A DNA stretch of 64,000 bases from Chthoniobacterales bacterium (lineage in GTDB: Bacteria; Verrucomicrobiota; Verrucomicrobiia; Chthoniobacterales; UBA10450), in the NCBI GenBank assembly GCA_038203615.1, contig JBBRDU010000001.1, positions 14,708 to 78,707 on the forward strand. Direction: 5' to 3'. Position 1 is the first letter of the stretch, and every line of letters begins with the position of its first letter. Below are positions 37,566-45,034 of this stretch, piece by piece. Position numbers and translations under genes: made by a program. The notes beneath the pieces were generated by a model. It saw nothing but the letters and a program-made list of their open reading frames with translations, was not told where the DNA came from and searched no databases.

Positions 37566-37799
37566 CTATCGCTGAGCGGATCGCGTCTCCAATGTCAAAA
37601 GTGAAGATCTGACCCAAATTCCCCTCAAATCCTTCTTCCCTGAAAAGGAGAGCGCGGCGACGTCTCCGCGCTGATAACGCCCCAACATTAGTAATATCAA
37701 CAGCGGCTTGTGAGGAGCGCGGCGATCGCCGAGCGGCGCTTGTCGCAGGTTGGAGAAGCGCTCGGAAAGGTCCGTGTATGTGAGGCTCGTGTAACTCAT
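37566..37799 (-). pseudogene. truncated N-terminal fragment of an HNH-type restriction nuclease paralog
   Basis: MSYTSLTYTDLSERFSNLRQAPLGDRRAPHKPLLILLMLGRYQRGD.. The RAPHKPLL..LGR.QRG block is one I associate with the N-terminal domain of McrA-like HNH enzymes. The ORF stops after 77 aa with no HNH part. Confidence 0.4.
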
Positions 37800-37830
37800 C
37801 GATCGATCCGGGCTACTGAAGAAAAACGTT

Positions 37831-38232
37831 CTAGTTGTGCCATCCGAGAAGGTCTGCGGTCGGTCGTTCTGCATCTGAGTTCGGCACGGCAATTCGTTTA
37901 CCCCGCAAAGGATAGTAGGTTGTGCCGTTTTGCCAGTCGTTGCGTAGGCGATCGCTGACTTCGAGAGTGTATTCAGGAGTGACCGTGAGATAGCCCCGTT
38001 CGAAGAGACGATGAAGGTCTGCTCGGAGCAGCAGTCCATTTCGTACTTCGTGGGGCCCCTCCTTTGCAAATGGCCGAATGTGCGCGGCTTCGAGGGCTGG
38101 TAGCGAGTGTTCTTCGGTCACCGCACAGGCGCGATGATACGCATCAGTTACAGAGACACGGAAAGCGCCTTGCCGGAGCCGTGGCTGAATAAGTATAGGC
38201 TGGCCGTATCGCGGCCCCTCAATAATCCGCAA
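37831..38232 (-). CDS. HNH_2-type nuclease domain protein (short, possibly 5'-truncated)
   Basis: ..PRLRQGAFRVSVTDAYHRACAVT..LEAAHIRPF....NGLLLRADLHRLFERGYLTV.. TTG start, an in-frame stop 9 codons upstream, and no SD seen. Confidence 0.6.
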   Translation of the reverse strand: MRIIEGPRYGQPILIQPRLRQGAFRVSVTDAYHRACAVTEEHSLPALEAAHIRPFAKEGPHEVRNGLLLRADLHRLFERGYLTVTPEYTLEVSDRLRNDWQNGTTYYPLRGKRIAVPNSDAERPTADLLGWHN

Positions 38233-38284
38233 TAGGGGGCAGAGTGGGGTCAGAGCTTACTATCGACACTGATCTGAAACGCGC

Positions 38285-39004
38285 TCATTGAAATCGCCGA
38301 TCGTATTCGCGCGAGACGCGGGTTAGGACCGACGAGTATTCCATTTCAGTATTGCCCAGATCGACCCACTCGAATGGAAACGGCTTTGCGTTCGTGGCGC
38401 GGAACGGCAGAATCTGAAATTCATCGAATGCTGGACGAGCTCTTTCCTCTAGGCGCTGCTCGGCTTGGGCGGCTTCTTGAATGGGATGCTTGTATCTCTT
38501 CCCGTCAGTCGGCCAGCGCTTCCGCCCTTCGAACGAGACGTATTGTTCAGCGAAGTTAATCCCGACAAAGGCGACACAGATCGGATTGCCGCCGCCGCGC
38601 TTAAATTGCGTCACCTGATTCGTCAGGTCGTTAATGACGCGGTCGATCTGCTTGATCATCGCTTTAGCCAGAATCTTCGTTTCGGCGCCAATCTCGATCG
38701 TTGCGACAGGACCGCGCGCCACAAGCATTCCTTTCTCAGTAACTGCGAGCGCCGCAGGGACTAGCTCGCCGAAGGTTCCATCACCGCGCCGCGACGGTTT
38801 TCCGGTCATGACATTCTTTAGGTTCACCACGCGTTCGTGGTGCTCGACACGTTCTAAGAGTTTTGCCGACTTCTTGAGCGCGGCGAGATCTTCGTAGAGA
38901 TACGAGGCAACGAGGTCGCCCAGGTTCGCGATGCGGTGACGATACGGTTTGCCTTCGAAAAGGCCGCGGAACGTCCGAAGTAAGGAATATTTTTCGACGC
39001 TCAT
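38285..39004 (-). CDS. candidate type II restriction endonuclease (unassigned family)
   Basis: The 239-aa ORF has its ATG overlapping the methyltransferase stop (ATGA). A possible PD-(D/E)XK arrangement is present (..RRGDGTF.. then ..IEIGAETKIL..). The call rests mainly on context. Confidence 0.5.
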   Translation of the reverse strand: MSVEKYSLLRTFRGLFEGKPYRHRIANLGDLVASYLYEDLAALKKSAKLLERVEHHERVVNLKNVMTGKPSRRGDGTFGELVPAALAVTEKGMLVARGPVATIEIGAETKILAKAMIKQIDRVINDLTNQVTQFKRGGGNPICVAFVGINFAEQYVSFEGRKRWPTDGKRYKHPIQEAAQAEQRLEERARPAFDEFQILPFRATNAKPFPFEWVDLGNTEMEYSSVLTRVSREYDRRFQ

Positions 39005-40137
39005 CTCTCGACTCGGAGAGTCGAATGACTGGCCCCAAACGTCCGTGGCATTCCCGTGGCAAGATGAAGGCGCTGCTCTGCGATCTTCAGATAAGCCGAC
39101 TCGATTTCGTTCCCAATGCTATTCCGCCCAGTCGCAACAGCGGCGAGATTCGTCGTCCCCGTCCCGACAAAGGGATCGAGAATCGTATCGCCAGCGAACG
39201 AGAAGAGCTTGATCAGCCGCTCAGCAAGACTTTGAGGATACGGAGCGGGATGACCACGCCGCGTCGATTCACCTTTGATGTCGAGCCATGCAGATCGCAG
39301 CCATGATTTCATTTCTTCTTTCGTTAACATCGACAACACCTTTTGCATCGGACTTGGCGAACGGTATTCGCCGCCCTTCCGCAAGAGGAGAATGTATTCA
39401 ACGTCGTTCTTAATGATTGCGCCTGGTTGGTAGGGTTTTCCGTAGAATCCTGCGCCGTTGCCTTTGGCTTCAGTCACTCCGTTCGCGATCTTGAACCAAA
39501 GAATTGGAGTTAAAGCGTCCAGCCCGAACTTGCGTGCGCGCACCATGATGTCCGCATGCAACGGCATAACGCGATGGCGTCCCTCGCACCTCGGAATGCA
39601 AACATCGCCGACAACGCAGCAAATGCGCCCGCCCGGGGCGAGAACGCGTGCGCATTCGCGCCAGACCTTGTCCAATTCGTCCAAAAAGCTGTCGTAATTC
39701 GCGATCTCGCCGAGCTGTTGCTCATTATCTTCGTATTTCTTTAACGTCCAGTAGGGAGGTGACGTAACGACAAGATGGACACTCTGAGTCGGAATCCAGG
39801 ATAAATCGCGAGCGTCGCCGAGCCGAAGATGATGCGTAGTTTTATCGAAAGGTTCCGGCCAAGGATGGGTCCGGAAATGGGCATTCTTCGCTAATAGTTT
39901 CGTGATTGCACCGCGTTCGTTGTCTGAAAAATCGACAGTGGCGCTTGCCGGATCGAATATTTCAGTCGGAGTTTTATCCGTCCGCTTATCCTTCGGCCGG
40001 TGGTGTCGAAATCCGTTCGTCGTGCCGTTTGCCGACTTTCTGACGAGGTAAAGCTGCTCGTGTTCTTTAACCACGGCTCGCTTTCTTCGGGGATGCGCCA
40101 GAGGAACGCTCTTCGTGACCACTGAGCTTTTCGGCAT
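39001..40137 (-). CDS. beta-class DNA methyltransferase (SPPY motif IV, N4-cytosine type likely)
   Basis: VVTSPPYWTLKKY (motif IV) precedes ILDPFVGTGTT (motif I), which is the beta-class order. It has a ~110-aa basic N-terminal extension. ATG at 40137; the track start at 40164 is TTG. Confidence 0.85.
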   Translation of the reverse strand: MPKSSVVTKSVPLAHPRRKRAVVKEHEQLYLVRKSANGTTNGFRHHRPKDKRTDKTPTEIFDPASATVDFSDNERGAITKLLAKNAHFRTHPWPEPFDKTTHHLRLGDARDLSWIPTQSVHLVVTSPPYWTLKKYEDNEQQLGEIANYDSFLDELDKVWRECARVLAPGGRICCVVGDVCIPRCEGRHRVMPLHADIMVRARKFGLDALTPILWFKIANGVTEAKGNGAGFYGKPYQPGAIIKNDVEYILLLRKGGEYRSPSPMQKVLSMLTKEEMKSWLRSAWLDIKGESTRRGHPAPYPQSLAERLIKLFSFAGDTILDPFVGTGTTNLAAVATGRNSIGNEIESAYLKIAEQRLHLATGMPRTFGASHSTLRVER

Positions 40138-40411
40138 AGCGATGTTTAACACGCCGTCTTCCAAACCGCTATGAAATTCAATTCACGCCTCAAGGTGTCG
40201 CCCGGGTCGATCCCAACGGTTACCCCTCCTATTCCAAGGTTTGGGGAACGACCAAGGAGACCAAACCGTTGCGCGACGAAGTGCGTGAGCGGTTGTCGCA
40301 AGCGCGCTTTGTTCCGGCCGTTTGTGAGCATCGACATGTGTGGGGGTGGTTTTACGGAACGGTGGCCTTTAGCGTCGTCGACGGAAAACCGCATCTCAGA
40401 ATTTTTGCCAA

Positions 40412-40449
40412 TTGCGTAGATTAAGGTCGGTTGCGTAGATTAAGGTCGT
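40412..40449 (+). repeat. 19-nt tandem duplication at the edge of unit A
   Basis: TTGCGTAGATTAAGGTCGG / TTGCGTAGATTAAGGTCGT. The second unit runs into the GGTCGTGTCTAAACATT core. Confidence 0.85.
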
Positions 40450-40603
40450 GTCTAAACATTTGACATTTGATGACGGGGAAAGCGGATTCCTATCACGCCG
40501 TGTGCTGATCATCGGCAGGCAAAGGTTCTAGGCAGGATTAGCCTGATTCTTACGAGACCCCCCTCAGCGAAACCGACCCTTTGATCTGCGGTCTCAATCT
40601 CCC
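40444..40603 (+). repeat. ~160-nt repeat unit A (Y1-element core + conserved mini-ORF + 36-nt R box)
   Basis: The core GGTCGTGTCTAAACATTTGACATTT (40444-40468) resembles the IRs at 17774 and 18834. The stretch 40451-40549 aligns with 43303-43401. The R box is at 40568-40603. Confidence 0.75.
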
Positions 40604-40704
40604 TGCTCTCCTCTTCTCTATCATAACCCGCTTATGATCGATGAGTTTTGACCGAAGAAAGTGTGCCGGGGCGGGAAGACCTTTCCTAAAAGCAGGTGTT
40701 TAAA

Positions 40705-40732
40705 ACTCGACGGCTTTAAGCCGTCGAGTTTC
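40705..40732. terminator. bidirectional-looking stem-loop
   Basis: ACTCGACGGC-TTTAA-GCCGTCGAGT is flanked by TAAAA on the left and TTT on the right. On the minus strand it follows an apparent orphan 3' coding end (..APRSNDPTKLTDALAELYKPPT*). Confidence 0.5.
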
Positions 40733-40841
40733 CCTACCTGAAACACTACTACGTCGGCGGTTTGTACAATTCGGCGAGAGCGTCGGTGAGCTTTGTTGGA
40801 TCATTCGAGCGCGGCGCGACCAGGGCCGTGAAGCAGCGGCC

Positions 40842-40877
40842 CGAAATCGACCATTTGATCTGCGGTCTCAATCTCCC
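40842..40877 (+). repeat. 36-nt R box, second copy
   Basis: CGAAATCGACCATTTGATCTGCGGTCTCAATCTCCC, 34/36 identical to 40568-40603. Confidence 0.85.
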
Positions 40878-40892
40878 AGTGCGGGGCTAGAC

Positions 40893-40919
40893 GGGGTCGT
40901 ATCTAAACATTCAATATTT
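40893..40919 (+). repeat. solo copy B of the Y1-element core
   Basis: GGGGTCGTATCTAAACATTCAATATTT, compared with the reverse complement of 18803-18834, GGGGCCGTATCTAAATATTCAATATTT. Confidence 0.8.
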
Positions 40920-41150
40920 GAGGTAAGAATTTCGACGACAAATCCGCCTACGCCGAGCCTTCGTCGCGGCCAGGCGCGTATCGGATGTGGCAATTCGTAA
41001 CTTATTTCGTCTTGCGGCCGAGAAAGATGATTTCGGTGTTGCTGCCACCGCCGTCTTCGGGGGCGTAGGTTATCATGGAATTCATTTCCGAGCCGGTGCC
41101 GGTGCCGGTCAATTGCCAGTCGCCCCTATTTGTGCTGCCATTTCTTCGCA

Positions 41151-41261
41151 CCAGCCCTGGAAACGGCGCTGGAGCGCGCCTTGAAATACGTCGAAGCCGG
41201 CCGAGTGCGCCCCGTTGAGGAAGTAAAGGCCATGATCGCGCGATGGACTTCAAAGTCCTGA
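41151..41261 (+). pseudogene. remnant of a type II antitoxin 3' end, overlapping a degraded toxin start
   Basis: The frame reads ..PALETALERALKYVEAGRVRPVEEVKAMIARWTSKS*, with no plausible N-terminal part upstream. An overlapping ATG at 41243 gives MDFKVLIAGKKGG.., which breaks at an A7G5 run. A ..DLSSI.. block appears in another frame. Confidence 0.3.
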
Positions 41262-41486
41262 TCGCAGGAAAAAAAGGGGGTCGGATCTCTCATCTATCAT
41301 AGGCGGCTTACGATGAATGGCACCTGGTTCGAAGGACCTTGAGTCCGTCGAATGGCTTCGTACCGCGACGACGTCAGCGCGACGAGCGTTGTCGCGATGT
41401 GAAGGCGTGACTTGAAGCGGTCTTTTTGCGATCCCGTGTTGCAATATTCGACTTGATTGACACTAATAACTCGTTAGGCTAAAGCG

Positions 41487-42314
41487 TTGGTCGAAACCAA
41501 GCTGGCAATAGTCTTTCTCGTACTATTCGTCACCGAAGCGGCTAAGGCATTACACGCTGCGGTCCCGGCAGGACCTGTGCCTGCGCGCGAGGTGGAGGCA
41601 CTGCTCAAGCAGTCCAGCGAAAAACGGCAGAGCAAGCAAGCGCGACAATATCAGGACCGGTTTCTTGAAGCGATTAATTCGACGTTGATCGCCGCGATGA
41701 AGTCGTGCACGGGCAAGACGCCCGATACGATACAGCCCGGCTCCATTGCATTCATCATCGGCGCGGATGGGCGTGTGAGGCGTCTGTTGTGGTCAGCTGA
41801 GATTCCGATGGCGGAGTGTATTGCGGAAAGGCTCCGCTCGATCACGACGCTGCCCAAGCCGCCTAAGGATAACTGGGTCGACGGAATCGGTGTGGCCAAT
41901 CACGAGCACGCGCAAAAGAACGCGCCAGTCGATAAGCCAATGAAGATGACAAAGGAACAGCTGGCTGAATACGACAAGGCAATCAGGCCTTATATCGCAA
42001 AAGCGAGAGCGACTTATCCCGTGGCAAAGGCTCGGTTTCTCGCGGGTTTGCCGTCAGGCTGTAGTCTTTCGGTTCGTGTTCGCCTGTTTGATCCAAATGG
42101 TCTTCGCGAAGATTCGTTCATCGGGGTAACGAGGATTAGCGGAAACAAAATCACGGGCGTGCTTGGGACGGTAGATATCCTTAAGAGCTACAAGAAGGGT
42201 CAGACCATCACGGTGAAAGAGAGCCAAATTGATAATTGGCTGATTCTGCGGCCGGACGGAAGCGAAGAAGGAAACGCCGTCGGCAAGTTCCTGGATCATG
42301 ACAAACCCAACTAA
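41487..42314 (+). CDS. secreted protein with a C-terminal DUF2314-like domain
   Basis: TTG start and a hydrophobic N-terminus (KLAIVFLVLFVTEAAKA). The C-terminal ..SFIGVTRISGNKITGVLG....GQTITVKESQIDNWLILRPDG.. resembles DUF2314. Confidence 0.6.
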   Translation: MVETKLAIVFLVLFVTEAAKALHAAVPAGPVPAREVEALLKQSSEKRQSKQARQYQDRFLEAINSTLIAAMKSCTGKTPDTIQPGSIAFIIGADGRVRRLLWSAEIPMAECIAERLRSITTLPKPPKDNWVDGIGVANHEHAQKNAPVDKPMKMTKEQLAEYDKAIRPYIAKARATYPVAKARFLAGLPSGCSLSVRVRLFDPNGLREDSFIGVTRISGNKITGVLGTVDILKSYKKGQTITVKESQIDNWLILRPDGSEEGNAVGKFLDHDKPN

Positions 42315-42330
42315 GTTGGCCGATTCACAC

Positions 42331-42798
42331 ATGCGAATTGTTTCGCTCCTTGCCATCTACTTCTTCTCGGTTCCCTTTGCGGGCGCTGTAGATATCCGCC
42401 AATTCGATTTAAAGACCACCGAGCGCCTTGGCAATCTTCTGGTCCAGCTCAGCCAACGTTCCGATTGCGGCGCTACAACCGCGGCGAAGAGGCGAGCAAG
42501 GGTGACGGCCATCGCCGCGCTTAACGGGAGCCTTTATCATGATGTTCGTTATGAATACGTTGTTCTGGACGACCCCACGGAGAAGGGCTTCCTAGTCTAC
42601 GCGCTCGCGACCTCCCAGAAGAAAAGTGATATCTCCACGGGGGGCCATTACCGCGTCACGGTGTCATCCGATGGCTCTACCGCCAAACAGGTTGATTTAC
42701 TGTCCCAGCTGATACGCCAGCCGAAAGCCAGTGCAGGCAATCAGGTCGTCGCTGTCGTGTCCTCGCAGATTGCGGGCAACATTCCCGTCGAAACATAG
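42331..42798 (+). CDS. secreted hypothetical protein (may be a TAG-interrupted pseudogene extending to 42960)
   Basis: Signal peptide MRIVSLLAIYFFSVPFAGA. I recognise no family. The frame stays open for 53 more codons after TAG 42796-42798. Confidence 0.5.
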   Translation: MRIVSLLAIYFFSVPFAGAVDIRQFDLKTTERLGNLLVQLSQRSDCGATTAAKRRARVTAIAALNGSLYHDVRYEYVVLDDPTEKGFLVYALATSQKKSDISTGGHYRVTVSSDGSTAKQVDLLSQLIRQPKASAGNQVVAVVSSQIAGNIPVET

Positions 42799-43140
42799 AT
42801 TTATTCGAGCGATCTCTACCACATGCCGATGTATGTGGCGGTGATGAAGGATGGGTCGTCCTGGGGCGTGATGAATGGCCGAATTGTTAGGGGGGATGAC
42901 AAAGGGCCCAAGAATCACCTGGATATTATGAACAAGAGAGCCCCCGAGGTTTCGCGATAAAAACGTCAGTGCCGCCTTCACTTGAATCCGTCACTGGTCC
43001 GCCCCATCCACGGATTCGCGGGCCCCGTGTGGATCATTGGTGCGGAGTAACCCACGGCTTCGAGTGTAACGCAGCCGGCACCGCCGGCACTAGCGACTGG
43101 AGCGATGCCGGAACCTTGATGGTTATCCGTTAGGGAAAAG

Positions 43141-43457
43141 GGGGTCGCATCTAAAGGGCGTGTTGCCCAAATGACAAATGGTCGGGAAGACACGTTCTTC
43201 GAGGGTTCAAATGACCTTAACCGAAAATCAAAACGCACTATGGGTCAATTTAGCGCGTCGTTGTTTCTTGATTTGTTTGACAGCGATTTGGGCAACACGC
43301 CCTAAAAACATGTGACATATGACGACGAGGGAAGCGGACTCCTATTGCGTCGCGTTCTCATCATCGGCAGGCAAAGGTGTTGGACAGGATTGGCCCGATC
43401 CCGCGCCTGCGGGACGAGCCCCTTGAATGAAGTGATCTGAATCCAAGAAATCTCTCC
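43141..43457 (+). repeat. repeat unit C (paralog of unit A), interrupted by a MITE
   Basis: GGGGTCGCATCTAAA | MITE | AACATGTGACATATGACGACGAGGGAAGCGG... 43303-43401 aligns with 40451-40549. A degenerate R box follows. Confidence 0.75.
43156..43302. mobile_element. 147-bp MITE-like insertion
   Basis: Perfect 17-nt terminal inverted repeats GGGCGTGTTGCCCAAAT (43156-43172) and ATTTGGGCAACACGCCC (43286-43302). TAAA is present on both flanks. No ORF inside. It splits the core motif of unit C. Confidence 0.75.
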
Positions 43458-43528
43458 GCGGCGAGTCCATCCCTTGGCGGACCTGTTAATCCTGTCTATA
43501 TATCTTCTTCTTCCGTTAGTTCTTAGAG

Positions 43529-44743
43529 ATGAACCGTGTTCTTGTGATAGGCGGTGGGCCGGCGGGGATGCGCGCGGCGGAGATCGCCAGCGCGACCGGC
43601 GCACGAACCATCCTGTGCGATGCGCAGACTTCGTTTGGACGCAAGTTACTCATCGCGGGACGCGGCGGCTTGAATCTGACGCACAGCGAGCCGGTTGAGA
43701 ATTTTCCGGAGCGATACGGGACGGAGCCGGAGCGTTGGCGTGATCTGCTGAACGTATTTGGGCCGGTTCATTTGCAGGAATGGGTGCACTCATTGGGGAT
43801 CGATACTTATGTCGGATCGAGCGGCCGCGTCTTTCCGGAAGGGCAGAAAGCGGCGGGACTTTTGCGGGCGTGGCTGGAGCGGTTGCGCACGAACGGCGTG
43901 GAATTTCAAATGGGTGCGCGCTTCGCCGGGCTGAAACGGGTGGAGAATGGGTGGCGTGTGCGTTTCGAAGGTGGAAAGCAACTCGAGGCGAAGGCGGTGG
44001 TGCTCGCGCTCGGAGGCGCTTCCTGGCCGGAGACCGGCTCGGATGGAAAGTGGCCGGTCATTCTCGAGGGAATGGGGATTGAGATCACACCCTGGCAGCC
44101 GGCTAATTGCGGATGGGAAGTCAATTGGCCGCCGGAATTTCTGGAGCGCGCGGAAGGCAAACCGCTCAAGAATTTGACGGTGTGGGCCGGCCATTCGACG
44201 GGCTCAGGCCCCTCGGGGATCTTGCCTGACCGAGGGGAAGCGGTCTTGGGCGAGTTGCTTGTCACCAAATATGGTCTGGAAGGCGGCGCGATCTACCGGC
44301 TCGGTCGGGCTTTGCGCGCGATGCCTGAACCGGAGTTGGTCATCGATTTCAAGCCGCAACTAACCGTCGATCTTTTGCGCGAGCGCGCGGCGGATCTGAG
44401 TGGAAGCGCGGAATGGTTGCGCGCCTGGAAATTGCATCCGGCCGCGGTCGCCTTGTTGGAGACTCAGGACCTCGGCGATGATCTGGAACGAACGATCGAG
44501 CAGGTGAAGAATTTCAGGATCCGACTGCAGTGGCCGCGGCCGATCGCGGAAGCCATCTCTTCGGCGGGCGGAGTGCCATGGAGCGAGCTGGACGAAGGGC
44601 TGATGTTACGCAAGGCGCCGGGTGTATTTGTGGCGGGCGAGATGATTGATTGGGAGGCGCCGACGGGCGGCTATCTGCTGCAGGGATGTCTTGCGACGGG
44701 GAGTCGTGCTGGGGCCAGCGCGGCGAGCTTTGTGCGCGAATAG
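43529..44743 (+). CDS. HI0933/YhiN-like FAD-dependent flavoprotein
   Basis: MNRVLVIGGGPAGMRAAE.. (dinucleotide fold) and a C-terminal VFVAGEMIDWEAPTGGYLLQGCLATG, typical of the HI0933 family. Confidence 0.85.
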   Translation: MNRVLVIGGGPAGMRAAEIASATGARTILCDAQTSFGRKLLIAGRGGLNLTHSEPVENFPERYGTEPERWRDLLNVFGPVHLQEWVHSLGIDTYVGSSGRVFPEGQKAAGLLRAWLERLRTNGVEFQMGARFAGLKRVENGWRVRFEGGKQLEAKAVVLALGGASWPETGSDGKWPVILEGMGIEITPWQPANCGWEVNWPPEFLERAEGKPLKNLTVWAGHSTGSGPSGILPDRGEAVLGELLVTKYGLEGGAIYRLGRALRAMPEPELVIDFKPQLTVDLLRERAADLSGSAEWLRAWKLHPAAVALLETQDLGDDLERTIEQVKNFRIRLQWPRPIAEAISSAGGVPWSELDEGLMLRKAPGVFVAGEMIDWEAPTGGYLLQGCLATGSRAGASAASFVRE

Positions 44744-45034
44744 CGAAGCAGGAAAGCAGGGAACCATTGAAGCAGGAAACCAGGAAGCCAGGAACCAAAA
44801 CTGGAGAGATGGAGAGTTGGGAAGGCGAGTGCTGGCAGGATATGAATTAGGAAAATAGGAAAACAGGATGGGGTTGGAGGACTATTCCTTCCTTATTTCT
44901 CGCGCTCCTGATTCGTATCTTCCTTCTGAAATCCTTGTGAATTGAGACCAAGGGGAATCTGTGGATAAGAAACGAGAAGCTCGTCGAATTCGACCGAGGG
45001 CGCGGTGAAGGCGTAAGCGTGCTAGGGTGACGTT

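Noticed and set aside
40150-40424. A protein-looking plus-strand frame upstream of the methyltransferase (..YEIQFTPQGVARVDPNGYPSYSKVWGTTKETKPLRDEVRERLSQARFVPAVCEHRHVWGWFYGTVAFSVVDGKPHLRIFANCVD*), possibly a controller or other small gene.
   Set aside because: There is no ATG, GTG or TTG early in the frame; the first is a GTG that leaves about 47 codons. There is no SD and no recognisable HTH. It could be a gene relic, but I cannot support it as a feature.
40568-40877. Two 36-nt direct repeats separated by 238 bp. I briefly considered a minimal CRISPR-like array.
   Set aside because: There are only two copies. The spacer is far too long. No cas genes are in the window. The repeats are part of the larger A/C repeat units, and the spacer holds a gene relic plus a terminator-like hairpin.
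2979-42798. Two in-frame TAG codons (3264-3266 and 42796-42798) as a hint of TAG reassignment or pyrrolysine.
   Set aside because: argS, nuoK, the Y1-DnaA_C gene and other well-supported genes terminate with TAG at the expected ends. No pyl genes are seen. Both interrupted genes lie in mobile or decaying contexts, so nonsense mutations are the simpler reading.
44744-45030. Purine-rich AGGAA/CAGGAA-repeat tract after the flavoprotein gene. I wondered about a tandem-repeat RNA or a coding low-complexity ORF (44646..44858).
   Set aside because: The repeats are irregular, no frame is consistent, and similar polypurine tracts are ordinary intergenic filler in such genomes. I could define no discrete element.
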